A stretch of DNA of 64,000 nt from the human T2T-CHM13v2.0 reference genome, Homo sapiens, in NCBI RefSeq assembly GCF_009914755.1, contig NC_060936.1. The stretch is one strand, 5' to 3'. How positions within the stretch are numbered: the stretch's first letter is position 1; every line of letters begins with the position of its first letter. Both the position numbers and the translations under genes were made by a program. Below the pieces are notes generated by a model. That model saw only the letters and a program-made list of their open reading frames with translations. It was not told where the DNA came from and made no database searches. Shown piece after piece: positions 17,168-32,468 of the stretch.

Positions 17168-17237
17168 ACCTAGGAATACCAAGAAGGTGAAAGATCTGTA
17201 CATTGAAAACTGTAAAATATTAATGAAAGAAATTGAA

Positions 17238-17353
17238 GGCTGGGGCGGAAGGATTGCGTGATTCCAGGAGTTTGAGGCTGCAGTAAGTCATGATTGTGCC
17301 ACTGCACTGCAGCCTGTGTGACAGAGTGAGACCAAAAAAAAAAAAAAAAAAAA
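17238..17353 (+). mobile_element. Truncated Alu
   Basis: Right-arm piece, TSD aaattgaag. Confidence 0.85.
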
Positions 17354-19171
17354 TTGAAGACAGAAATAAATGGAAAGGTATCCTCTGTTCAAAGAGTGGA
17401 ATAGTTAATATTGTTAAAATGTCCATACTACTGAAAGCAACATACAGATTCAATGCGATGCCTATCAAAATTTTAATGGCATTTTTCACAGATATCAGAA
17501 AAACAATCCTAATATTTGTATGGAATCGCAAAAGACCCCAAGTAACCAAAGCAATCTTGAGAAAGAAGGACAAAGCTGGAGGAACCACTTCCTGGTTTCA
17601 AACTACTTCCTGGTTTCAAACTACATTACAAAGCTCTAGTAATTAAAACAGTATGGAACTGGCCTAAAAACGGCCACTAGGGTCACTGGGACAGAATAGA
17701 AAGACTAGAAATAAACCCAAACATATATGGTCATCTAATCTTTGACAAGGGTGCCAAGAATACACAATGGGGAAAAGATCATCTCTTCAATAAATAGTGT
17801 TGGAAAAACTGGATATCTATATGCAAAAGATTGAAATTGGACCCTTGATTTACAACATATACAACAATTCAAGTGAATTGAAGACTTAACTGAATGTGAG
17901 ATTTGAAATCGTAAAAGTCTTGGAAGAAAACATCAGCAAAAAGCTCAACCTTGGTCTTGGCAATGATTTTTTTGGAAATGACAACAAAAGCACAGGCAAC
18001 AAATGCAAAAATAATGAAATGGGACTATGTTAAACTAAAAAAAGTTCTGCACAACAAAGGAAACAATCAACAAAATTAAAAGACAGCCTAAAGAATGGGA
18101 CAAAATATTTGCAAGCCATATGTTTGATAAGGAGTTAATATCCAAAATATATAAGGAATTCACATAAAGGATTTCACATAACTCATTAGCAAGAAAACAT
18201 AAAGCCCAATTTAAAAACGGACAAAGGACTTGAATGGACATTTTTCCAAAGAAGACATACAAATGGCTGACAGACATGTGAAAAGTTGCCCAAGATTACT
18301 AATCATGAGAGAAATGCAAGTCAAAACCACCATGAGCTATCACCTTGCACCTGTTATAATGACTTTATCAAAATGACAAGAGATAGTAAGTGTTGGCGAG
18401 GATGTGGAGAAAAGAGAATTTTTGTATATTGTTGGTGGAAATATCAATTTGTACAGGAATTATCAAAAAACAGTATGGACGTTCTTCCAAAATTTAAAAA
18501 AAGAGCTACCATATGATCCAGCCATCCCACTTCTGGGATGAAATAAAATCTGTGTCTTGAAGAGACATCTGCACCCCATGTTCATAGCAGCACTATTCAC
18601 AATAGCCAAGATATGGAAACAACCTAAGTATCTGTCAGCCAATGAATGAATAAAGAAAATGTGGTGTGTATACACAATGGAATATTATTTAGCCATGAAG
18701 AAGGAAATCCTGCCATTTGCAAAAACAGAAACGAACCTGGAGGACATGATGGTAAGTAAAATAAGCCAAACACAGCAAGACAAATATTGTTTTGTCTTAC
18801 TTATATGTAGAATCTAAAAAGTTGAACTCTTAGTAACAGAGTAGAATGGTGGTTGCCAGGGTCTGGGGGTGAGGGATTAGGGGAGATATTAGTCAGAGTG
18901 TACAAACTTTTAGTTTTAAGATGAATAAGTTCAGTGGATCTAATGTTCAACATGGTGAATATAGTTGACGATACTGTGTTTACTTGAAATTAGATAAGAA
19001 GATAGATTTTAAGTGTCAGCACTGCAACCACACACAGATGATAACTGGGTGGTGATGGATATGTTAGTTAATTTGATTGTGGTAGTCAGTACACACTGTG
19101 TATGTATATCAAATCATCATGTTGTACGCCTTGAATATGTACAACTTTTCTTTGTTAAATAAGTACTTTAA

Positions 19172-19610
<439 letters not shown>

Positions 19611-20166
19611 TAGAAGCTAAAAGCATTGGCAGGGTTATGAGTTGGGGTGGAAATATTTGGGCCTGTGGAAGATAAATTCATATTGTTTGAAGAAAATAAT
19701 CTGCTTATAATTATCAGTTTATTATAATCAGGCCCAAAGAAGGAAACCAAAAGTCTTAATATTTTCTTAGTGATAAAGTGGAGGAAGTAACTGACAAAGT
19801 AATTTTGGCTCTTTACCAGGGATGCTTCATATAAAGGAGGGAGAACAATTTCCTTGACAACCAATTAATATGTATAGCTTAAGGCTATGACTGTATTCTG
19901 CAAGAAATAGATTACATTTCTGAGGTCTGCACATCTGAAGATATTATAAACTAGCTAGGAGATTTTTATGATGATATGATACAGATCAGCAATACGTAAG
20001 ACAGAAAGGGGGCTTCACCCAGCAAGAGTTAGGATTTATAGTCCCAGTATGCCCGAGTTTTACATATTGTGAACTTTGCTAACCTTCACCTTTATCAACA
20101 AGCTGTGAGTGACTCTCCAGCACAAAGCTTTGAGTATCAAGCATGCATATAGTAAAAAAAAAAAAT

Positions 20167-20464
<298 letters not shown>

Positions 20465-20563
20465 TTATACTGATGATTTGGGGGAGAGCACCAAATACCC
20501 TTAAAGTTTTTACGGCACAGACTTTTTAGTAAATCTTATGAGGGGATGATTATGGGAATAATA

Positions 20564-20567
<4 letters not shown>

Positions 20568-20595
<28 letters not shown>
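20568..20595. repeat. (AT)n microsatellite
   Basis: Directly visible. Confidence 0.9.
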
Positions 20596-20598
<3 letters not shown>

Positions 20599-21661
20599 CA
20601 AAAATATTGGCAAAAATAATGAAGAACCTGAAAGTCCTCCATGGTCAGAGTTAAGGTCAGGGTCAGGGATGAATGTTGCATTAGTTGTCAATAAAAAGCA
20701 GCCATTGTACAGTTTGACAGGCCTGTGTGAATATCCTGCTTTGTAGCTGAGTGTTCTTGCTTGTTAATCTGCTTCCCCTATCCCCACTCTTTTTTTTTTT
20801 TTTAATCTGGTGGTTGAGAGGTGCTTCCAAGCCTACCTATTTTATTTACCACTTCCTCGTTAGTTTTTTGGGCTTCTTAAAATGGTCCTCCACTCTTATG
20901 ACTTCTGGCTGTTTGTACACAAGAACTGTCCACCTCTCTCCTCCTGCCGTCAAGGGTGTTGCTAAACCTATCATCCTCAACCTGAAGCTCCTTCCACATC
21001 CTTCTTGCCAGCTCACTATCAGTCATTTCCTGAGACTGACATCACAAAAGAGTCATTAGATTTAAGCCCTGGTTTCAGCAATTACTGGACCTGTTGTGAT
21101 TCTAGACAGGGTTCTTAACTTTTAATTTTCCATGACATTTTTTCCCTTGACATCCCAGTCCAAGCTGTTGACTTTTGCATTTACTGCTCATTTCTACCTT
21201 TAATATTCCATTTTCCTCTGTTAATATTATATGCTGTGAAACCCAGGAGAAGTCAGCATTACTATGGTCTTGGGTAGAACTGAGAGAGATAAAGACATGA
21301 ATTTGAGGCTGTTGGGGGATGAGTTGCAGAGAGGCATAAATACGAGGCAGAAAATAAGTTATGAGTGAGAATACAACTTATTAATAGCTTTTGTAAACTT
21401 CTGGCAAAAAAAGATATTGAAGATAATTAGAGTTGAAAAATTATATAGGACATCACTTAGGATTGGGATTCAATCACATTTTATAGAAAATTCAAATAAG
21501 AGTTGCTTAAGCATGAAAGAAGTTCAGAGGTAAGTAGCTCAGGGCTTGTATGGCAACTCCATGGTCACAGGGGGCCCAGGTTCCTTCTCACATTGTTTTC
21601 TCCCATCCTTGGTGCTGGCTTACATGCCAAATGTCTCCTCATGACCACAAGATGCTCCTGG

Positions 21662-22318
21662 TGTTCCCAGACCAAACTGAGGGTTGGGCTGCTATTTCTC
21701 GTGGCCCAATAACGAGAAGCAGATGAACTGGGGAGGAAGAGTTTTTATTTCTGCAACTGGTTATGGGGGGAAGGCCTGGAAATTATCACCAGACCAACTC
21801 AAAATTACAGTTTTCCAGAGCTTATATACCTTCTAAGCTATATGTCTACGTGTAAGTGTGCATTCATCTAAAGACATAAGTGATTAACTTCTTCTAATCT
21901 ATAGCTAAGGTCTGAGTCCTGAAGACCTTCCTCTGGAGCCTCAGTAAATTTACTTAATCTAAATGGGTCCAGCTGCTGGGGTGATTACCCTTATTATGTC
22001 TCCTGCTTAAATCACGGAGGTTTGGGGAGTTCCTTCAGACCTCCAATAAACTTGTTTGTGGAGGTCTGGGGAGTTTCTTCAGACCCACAATAAAACTCGT
22101 TTAATCCTAAATGGGTCCTGTTAAGAATTCCTTTGTTATTTTGTTATGCTTTAAGGCCCAGGAAAAGCCTAGGCAAAACTCTTGGTGGGCTTTTGTTACA
22201 TTCCAGCCTTTGTATAAGGGCACTGGCTTTTTTAACTTTTAATATTTAACTTAACCACTCAGTCAGTACTGAAACAGTTGTTATGGAGGCCTGCGTTAGT
22301 GAGAGCTGGCCTGCCACA
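21662..22318 (-). mobile_element. ERV1 solo LTR (MER51-like) inserted in an MLT1 remnant
   Basis: TG...CA ends, 4-bp TSD ctgg (21658-61, 22319-22). Minus strand begins tgtggcaggccagctctcactaacgcaggcc. Confidence 0.82.
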
Positions 22319-22854
22319 CTGGTGCTCCAGCTATTATGTCCACGTTCCAAGATGGAAGAAAGTATAATGGCAAAAGTACCTATCTCTCAGCTGAATCAGT
22401 TTGCTTTAAAGGGCTTCCTTGGCTTCCATCCACTTCTGCTTACACTTCCTTGAACACCTCCAGAAACCAAGGAGGTTGGGAAAGCTTTAGGCTGAGGACA
22501 TTATCACTCCAAATAACATATTTTTAAGTCAGGAAGTGGGAAGAGTGGATATTGTGTAGGCAACTCACAGTCCCTTCCACCATAGCCGACCAGGACAGAG
22601 ATAGCTGGATGATGGTTTGCTCTAGTTGAGCCTAAACAAGCTCATGGCTCCCTCTCCTTAAACTACTTTTATATTTTCTTTCTCTAAGTTCAGAGCAAAG
22701 CTTTCATATTATTTTATGAATGTTTCTTAACAAGCTCATCGTTTCTGGTGTTTTGCTGCAATTCTGCAGTAGATAGTATGGTATATTTGGTGGACAGATT
22801 CAGGGCCACCAGGCTTTGAATAGCAGTGGTGCTACTTAGAAGCTGAGAGGTTAT

Positions 22855-23008
22855 GAACCTTATATGCAACCATAGGGAATAGTGTTGTTACTATAAATAA
22901 TGATTGTACTGAACCTTATATGCAACAGTGAATAATGTTATTATAAATAATGATTGTACTGAACCTTATATGCAACATAGGGAATAATGTTATTATAAAT
23001 AATGATTT
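22855..23008 (+). repeat. Tandem repeat, ~52-bp unit x3
   Basis: gaaccttatatgcaac...ataaataatgatt repeated three times. Confidence 0.9.
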
Positions 23009-23884
23009 TCAGACTGAGGCAGTTTTCTAAAAATTCAAGTGAAAGATCACATTACTTTACATGAGGACCACAAGGCACATTCAAAAGATACGGTTGATTC
23101 ACTTTGTTAAACAATAAGAATATAAGTGTCCAAATACAGAACAAAGGAAATAATATGTCCAAGAAACATTTTTCTTTGCTTAATACTAAAAGCCTCTTGA
23201 TCTGTTTCCTATATCCTAGTCACAACTGAATTTTAAGAAAGTCGAGGTCATGTTGGTAACTCCATGTCAATACTGCTTTTTGTACTAACTGCAAGATCAG
23301 GAATCGTCCCTCATTACTTCCATCTTGGCTTTCAAAAGAGCCTACTGTAATTTTTTCTTCTGAAATAGTATGAAATAACTTTTTTCCTGAAAGAAAATCT
23401 CCTTTCTATGGTTCTTTCTTCTGAAACAAGGCTTTCCTTCTCTGAGCTTCCAGCTAGAATAATTTCCTCTGACATACTCTGATCTAGGAGGATTGTAGTG
23501 TGGTCACAATGCCTCAGCTGATTTCAGTTAATTTTCTTGAGCTGAATCAAATGAATGTCTTAACAAGTTGTCCTTTAAAAGGATAGACGTGCTTTTATAC
23601 AAAACTTGCATTTAAATGAAACCACTAGACTTCTTCATACAATGTAATGAAGTCTTGGTATTCCAGCGATTTGGCACCTAAATGCATAGGCACTCAGTAA
23701 ATATTGGAGGGAAGGAGGATGGTGGAAAGAAAGAAAGGGGGAGCAGGGAAAATTAGGGGGGAAATTATTTTTTCTTCCTGGGGATAGGTTTCATTTTTAA
23801 TTGGGAAATGTAATGTGAAATGTATTACTTTCAAACTTGAGGACCCAGAATATAACTTATGATGATTTAAGTTTTCTTCCTTTT

Positions 23885-24002
23885 ATTTACATTTTAATGA
23901 TAAAGAAACTCATTGGCCAAGACCCAGAAAAAAAGTTTAAATAAAAATTTACATTTTAATGATAAAGACACTCATTGGCCAAGACCCAGAAAAAATAGTT
24001 TA
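23885..24002 (+). repeat. Tandem duplication, ~55-bp unit x2 (period 62)
   Basis: atttacattttaatgataaaga(a/c)actcattggccaagacccagaaaaaa..gttta occurs twice. Confidence 0.92.
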
Positions 24003-24796
24003 CCTATATTTTATACGTGTTTGTTTAAAAAAAAAAACCACAATCTTTGAAAAATCTGGAGAATTTATTTCGGGTTATAATAGTCAGAAAATGTGTGCCT
24101 TTAAGTTTTGCTTCTGAATAGACATATTCTGCTAAGCAAGCAATCTCCTCTTAGACTGCTTGCTGAGCACATATACTTTCCGTATGCTGATTTTTAAAGT
24201 GTCTGTATTTGGTTGGTGGCTTTAGTAATAAGAGACTAGCTTTTAACACAGCCAGAAGAAGCTGATGTGAACCACCAGAAATAACACTGATCATATATAA
24301 TACTTATGGAACAGTGGTTGCCCACCAATTTTGAACCCAAGATTTCCTGACATTTATCACTGTGCCAACAAAAAGAAAAACTAGGAACCTGGGGAGGACT
24401 TAGAGAGAGGAAGCATGGACAGCTGCCAGCCTGGGCAGATGGCGTCTGTTTGGTTGAGACAGATTCACCAGGAAACAAGATCAGATCCTAGTTTGAGACC
24501 CAAAACCTGGTGAGTAAGAACAAGTGTTCAGGACTTCAAGGGGCCCAGTAGGCAATTGTGGGAAAAAATCTGGAGGTCCTGAACTTGCCCAAATTACAGG
24601 GGTAGGTGAGAAAAGGTAATCCAAGGGGTAATATTTTTTTCTGCTTTTTGGTGTTATCTATATTTTCTTTAACAATTATATATATTACTTAAAGGAAAAA
24701 ACTCTAGGTCTTATATATTCCTGACTAAGCTTCATCAATATGTATTTGCTTCTTTTATACAAAGTAACATTGTTTTCATTTACAGATTGCCATTAG

Positions 24797-25169
<373 letters not shown>

Positions 25170-25676
25170 TAATGAATAAGGTTTGGATGATGTCAGGTAC
25201 CCCTTTTTTCTCAGGGGAACTGGCTCCTACTTAGATATCTTATGACCATTAGTGGGACATTATAGGATAGCCTAGAAACAGAAACACTCACGTCAGTGTG
25301 ATTTATGGCTAAGCTGGCACTCGACATCAGTGGGATAGGAGGGGGTAATACATTAAATGGTGCATGGGAAATTGATTATTCGTTCAGAAAATAATTGAAA
25401 TGGATCTGTACTTCATTTCATACACAAAAATCAATTTCAGGGAGATTAAGGGACTTAAGTTATAAAAGGCAAAACTTTGAAACTTTTGGAAATAGTATAG
25501 GAGAATAGCTTTATGACCTTGGAGGAGGGAAGGATTTACAAATAGTGTTAGCTATAAGGCAAAGGTTTGGTCATTGAGCCATCTTAAAATCAAGGAAATT
25601 ACTTCATCAAAAGACATCGCTAAAAGAGTGGGAGAGAAAAACCACACACTGGGAGAAAATATGTGCCATACATATG

Positions 25677-26079
25677 TGTGGCAGGCACACCTGACAGCAA
25701 CAACCGAAGCATACCCTGAGAATGACCCTATGGTCTAAGAAGAATGTGTGTTTGGAGTTCTCAGCTGAGGAACCTGGTAGTGGCCAACCCGGAGACTGAT
25801 TCCTTGTCTATGAGGAACATCTGAACCCCCGGCCCATTTCGGATTAAAGGAGGGTTGCCAGGTGAAGGTTGCAGGAGGGGAGCTAAGTAAAAATGCTATA
25901 TAAACTGCATACTTTTTAGAAACGGTAGTGGTTCGTCCATCCAGCCTGCTACCACTGGACCGCTGCATATGTAAGTCCCCTCGAGAAGCCCTATATCTCA
26001 TTTGCCAGCTCTCGGTCTCTTCTTTGGCCTCTCGAACCTGTGCTATCCCTATCCAACTCAATAGGGGTCTGGCACAATA
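25677..26079 (+). mobile_element. Solo LTR (LTR47-like) inserted in old L1
   Basis: Same family as 5843-6330 (gcacctgacagcaa..gcataccctgagaatgaccc). Confidence 0.75.
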
Positions 26080-26163
26080 ACATGTAACTAACAATTAGGA
26101 AACAGAAACCTGTCTTTTAGAATGTGGGACTTCTCTTCATCAAAAGCACTGTAAAATGAGTTA

Positions 26164-26642
<479 letters not shown>

Positions 26643-26869
26643 TCAGGGAAATGCAAATGAGAAGCACCAGGTGATACTGTTTCACACTCTCCGGGGCGGC
26701 CAAAATTTTTAAGTCTTAAAAAACAACCCTACCAATGTAGAGTCACAAACAGGAATCCTTAGACACTGCTGGTGGCAGTTGAATTAGTACAGCCACTTTG
26801 GAGAACTCTGCAGCCTTGTCAGGAAGAGTTGAAGCTGTGTGTAATCCACAACACTGCCCACACTCCACA

Positions 26870-27625
26870 GCAATGCTTCTCAAGCCTGGCATAATATATT
26901 AGCATCCCAAAATGAGCATGTTGGAAATACTTACACCTGGCCCTTACCCCAGACCTGTGATTCTCAAATGGTATGCCAAGATGCCCTGGGGAACCACAGC
27001 AAACTCACAGAAGACGATGGGATATCTTAAATGTTCAAGGGGAATGCAGTGATACTTGGCATCTGTTGAACGCAGTGTGAATTACTAGCTCAAGACACTT
27101 CAGTTCAGTCTCAATGTTACCCCACGCATCATCCCTTTCTATTATGCGAAGCTGGATTTTCAGTGGTTGCTGTAACAAAAAGCAGATATCATGAAAATCA
27201 GTATGGAAGAGGAAATAAGGGTGATAGAGTCCAATATGATTCCAAAGTTTAAGAAGTTGTATAGTGCCCAACGAGTGCACACATTCCATTAATAAGTAAT
27301 TGAGGTTATTTAAGAATGAAATAAAACTTTTTTCTTTGGTATTTTCATACAGATTTTTCAAACAGCTACTGCATTGTTAGGACAAAAAAGACTTGTTAAC
27401 TTTTTTGGACCTAACTACTTAAATGGAATTGTTAGGAATTTGTTCTAGGGGTGCCTAGAACCCTGAAAAAATTGAGCCACTTAGTAGTGTCCCTTCAACT
27501 GAGAATATTTGGGAATCTCTTTCCCAAATTAATTAACTCAGAATGGAGATGGAATCTCTATGTCTTTGTTTTTAAAAAGCTCCCCAAGTGATTCTAATGG
27601 GTTCGTAAGGTTGAGAACCACTGCT
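26870..27625. mobile_element. MER5-like element with nested Charlie-family fragment
   Basis: gcttctcaag..; ctccccaagtgattctaatg..gttgagaaccactg; internal hAT-like sequence. Confidence 0.5.
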
Positions 27626-27879
27626 TGAGAGACTCTTGCACATGTGACTTAGGATAATGCTACTCAAATTGTACCTGGGGGCCAGCGCTGGTTTGCAAAT
27701 TATTTCCTACAGATCTGCAGCAAGTTTATATGAATCATACTTTCAGTGAATAATGGTACAGTTTTTGTAATCTTTTGTCTTCTGATTAAATTTACTGAAA
27801 TATAATTTTATGTCAAATTTTATAATGGAAAAATTGAGGCTTGTACTTTGTGCTTTTTTCTCATATTTTTCTAATATTT

Positions 27880-28480
27880 ATGATTTTACAGCTTTGTTGA
27901 TGTATAAGTGATCAATTTGCACTCTTTAAATATGTGCAATATATTATATGTCAATTTTGACATATGTATATACTTGCGAAATCATCAACACAACCAAGAT
28001 AATGAACATATCCATGACTCTCTAAAGTATTTTCTCATCCCTGTGTAATCTCTCCCATTTGGCCCTCCACATCCCTTCATAATCCTCCACTCCTGTCCCC
28101 GCCCCAGTGCAACCACTCATCTGCCTGTTGTCACTATAGATTAGTTTGCATTCTCTAGCATTTCATGTAAATGGAATGTTACTGAATGTACTCTTGCTTT
28201 TGTCTGGCTTCTTTTACTTAGCATAATGTTTTGCAATTCAGCCATGTTGTTGGATATGTCAGTAGTTTACTCCTTTTTATTGCCGATTAGTATTCCATTG
28301 TATGGATATGCCACAACTTGGTTTTTTATTCACCAATTGATGGATATTTGAAATGTTTGCATTTTGGCTGCTATGAACATTTGTGTGTAAATCTTTATGT
28401 GATCACGTGCTTTCATTTGTCTTGGATAAATAAATACCTAGGAGTGGAATGGTTGGATTGCATGGTAGGAATATGCATAT
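27880..28480 (-). mobile_element. Old L1M 3' end
   Basis: gtctggcttcttttacttagcataatg..tagtattccattgtatggatatgccaca. Confidence 0.8.
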
Positions 28481-28521
28481 AGTAATTTATTTTTATTGCA
28501 TTTCACAAATAAAAAGCATTA

Positions 28522-29460
<939 letters not shown>

Positions 29461-30244
29461 CAAAATACAAAAAAACTCTCTAAACAGTTGACAAGGGAGT
29501 TTATTAAGCAAATAGAGGTACCAATTACAAACCATCAGGGTTAGAAAAAAAATCCAGGCTTTAAGTAAATATAAATCTAAGTAATAGGCTATTGACTATT
29601 ATCTTAGAAAAACTTGGGGTATTACACCAGGTTATCACAGAATATTTAGTTAAGAAGTATGGAAAATATGATATGCTATTTATTTGAATGATACTCGGTA
29701 GGCATGTAATGTGATGATTAAATCAGTTAAGAATATGTGATAGATTTTTTTTAAAAAAACATCTCATTTAAAATGCATGTCTTTTGTTTTTATGATTATT
29801 GAAAAATGGTTTTCAGAATACAAAATGAGAATCAAAAATTGGTAATTAGATATTCTGTGTTTCTCAAATGGATGGACTTTATAATTGGGTGGAGTTATGT
29901 TAAAAGCTAGAAAAACTGAAGAAGTTAAGAAAGAATTGAAAATTCCCATTAAGAGAAAAAAGAAAAAGCTGCAACCTTTGCTAATATAAACCGTAAGAGC
30001 CTATGCCTCTTGAAATTTCTCTGTGTTTGTCTTTGTACATTTTTAATGACTTAATGAGAAAAAAGATTCATCAGGACTCCTTTCCTAGCAGGAGGTTTAG
30101 TGTTTCACAAATGAGTAGGGAGCTGCTCTCATAATGAGGTAAACGGCCACCTGATTCTTGGATAAGTCCAAGGAAAACCTTTACACCAGAGGAAGCAACA
30201 GCTTGCCAGTGTTCAATCTGAGACTTTCCAAGGTCAGAAGAGAG

Positions 30245-30740
30245 GAGGATTGGTATTGATATTTAATAAGCATTTACTGTGTCCAAGGCATTTTGGTACG
30301 AATTTTATATCTCTTATCTGATATCCTTGCCTTTTAGGACTAGGCTGTTTTTACCTTTAAGGTAGATGTTATTATTCTCATTTTACACATGAGGTAACTG
30401 AAACATAGAACTTAAAAACCTTGCCAAACATTTCAGAGGAGGCAGATTTAAACCCAGATGCATTTGCATTAAACCCCAATGGATTTGATTCCAAAGCACG
30501 TCGTCTTTCTGCTAATAATAGCCAACAGTCATTGAGTACTTACTATATTTATACCAAGGTCTGTTCCAAGTGATACATAGATTTTCTCTTTTAAGCCTCG
30601 TGGCAGTATGAGAAAGAAGCTATTATTATCCCCATTTTACAGATGAAAAAATGGAGTCACAGAATGTTATGTAATTTGCCCAATGTCACACAGTAAGTGG
30701 CAGAGTTGGTCCACCTCAGGAGCCCACACTCTTAACCTCT
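30245..30740 (-). mobile_element. Two MIR remnants
   Basis: Core attattctcattttacacatgaggtaactgaa and tattatccccattttacagatgaaaaa. Confidence 0.75.
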
Positions 30741-31041
30741 TTTGGCCTTTTATGAGTACATCTGCCCTTTCAAGGATCAGGCTTGAGTCTGTCAGGGAGG
30801 CCTCATGTCTCCTATTAACTTTTGAGCCATACGCATCATGGAAACTGGTTTCTCCTGGCTGGGTACTTCTGAGTTGCCTGGCCTCCTGTGAGCTCTTCTT
30901 TTCTAATTGAATCTACTCTCTAAGACTCTTTGCTGCTGGAATATGCAGCAGTAGTTTGAGAGACACTTCTCAGTCAGTTCTAACACGTTTAGCTAGGTTC
31001 TTCCTATTTTTTGTGCTTCATCAGATCATTTGGGCTCAGTG

Positions 31042-31351
31042 TTTTCTTTCTTTTTATTTTTTTCTTTTTTTTTGAGACAGTATCTCACGTTGTTGCCCAG
31101 GCTGCAGTGCAGTGGTGCAATCTCAGCTCACTGCAACCCTGCCTCCTGGGTTCAAGCGATTCTCCTGCGATTCTCCTGCCTCAGCCTTCAGAGTAGCTGG
31201 GATTACAAGCACCTGCCATCACAGCCGGCTAATTTTTGTATTTTTAATAGAGATGGGGTTTCACTATGTTGGTCAGGTGGACCTTAGGTGATCCACCTGC
31301 CTCAGCCTCCCAAACTGCTGGGATTACAGACGTGAGCCACCGCGCCCAGTC
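31042..31351 (-). mobile_element. Alu
   Basis: TSD tgggctcagtgtttt. Confidence 0.95.
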
Positions 31352-31959
31352 TGGGCTCAGTGTTTTTCAGTGGAATAAGGATGAATCATTAGAAGAGCTT
31401 TCATACCTCTTAAACTCTCAAATTCCATGCCTTAATAAGGATTTTTATTAATACTTCATTTAAAACAAACAGTAATTAAGCATCATTTTAACCATTTGAT
31501 GTGATTATAACTCATATGCTTTCTACTCCAAAAATATTTGAAGTAGAAGAAACCAATACAATGGGATAAACACAAAAAAATGCAGAACAATGTAGAGAAA
31601 ACAGAGATAATTATACAAAACCTTAAGGTATTTTCGTTATTGCTGTTGAGCATTTAATGCTGAATTTCCTGGCAGCTGAGGCAACAGAAAGGTAATTGGT
31701 CAGATAATTTTTGTTATATGTTCAAATAAAGTAAACTAGTTCATTGGGGAGGATAGGGTACCATGTCAGGCCACTAGCCAACCCTTTTCTTCCTACAAGT
31801 TAAATTATATCTGAATATCCTCTGGAGCACTCAGATCTTAAAATACTTTAGAAGAGACTGTAAAGAACTGCCAGTGATTGTCTTTAAAGAGGCGTCATGG
31901 CAGTGCTGTAATTCTTGCTTAGCAACACTTATATCTAAGCTTTCTTCTCTGAGGGAAAG

Positions 31960-32468
31960 GCCAGGTTCTCACTCCCTCACTTTGTTCCAGTCTCTGCCCA
32001 AAGGTCACCTCTTCCCTGACTGCCCTTTCTATATGAGGTTCCCACCGAACGCATCTGGGTTGCCCTCTATCCCTGTCCAACATAGTAGTCACTAGCCATA
32101 TATGACAATTAAAATTAATTAAATGACAAAATAAAAAATTCAGTACTTTGGTCATACCAGCCACATTTCAAAAGCTCAGTAGCCATGTGTGGCAACTGGG
32201 CATATTGGCAACACAGATACGTCATCGCAGAAAGTTCCATTGGGCACTGCTAGCCTATGCTCTTGCCTTAACTTTTTCAACACTATGCCATGCCATGCAC
32301 CTATTGATTTGTTTATGTTCCACTAGAATACATGCTCTGGATCACAGAGTTTTTTTTTTTTGTTTTCCCAGAACATAGCTGAATCCTCAGTGCCTAAAGC
32401 AGTGCCTGACATAGTACAGTGCTTTGTAAATACTTGCCGAGTGAATGAACAACAAATGAATGAATGAA
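31960..32468 (+). mobile_element. L2 3' end with nested MER3/MER33-like hAT element (~32070-32253)
   Basis: cagtgcctgacatagta..taaatacttg..gaatgaatgaat is the L2 3' end. The nested element reads ctgtccaa..ttgggcactg. Confidence 0.65.

Noticed and set aside
17585-17623. 19-bp tandem duplication in L1 (also 18160-18182, 31157-31180, 45930-45965)
   Set aside because: Routine slippage duplications within decayed repeats.
22855-23008. CRISPR-like repeat array
   Set aside because: Eukaryotic DNA, no unique spacers, no cas genes; ordinary minisatellite.
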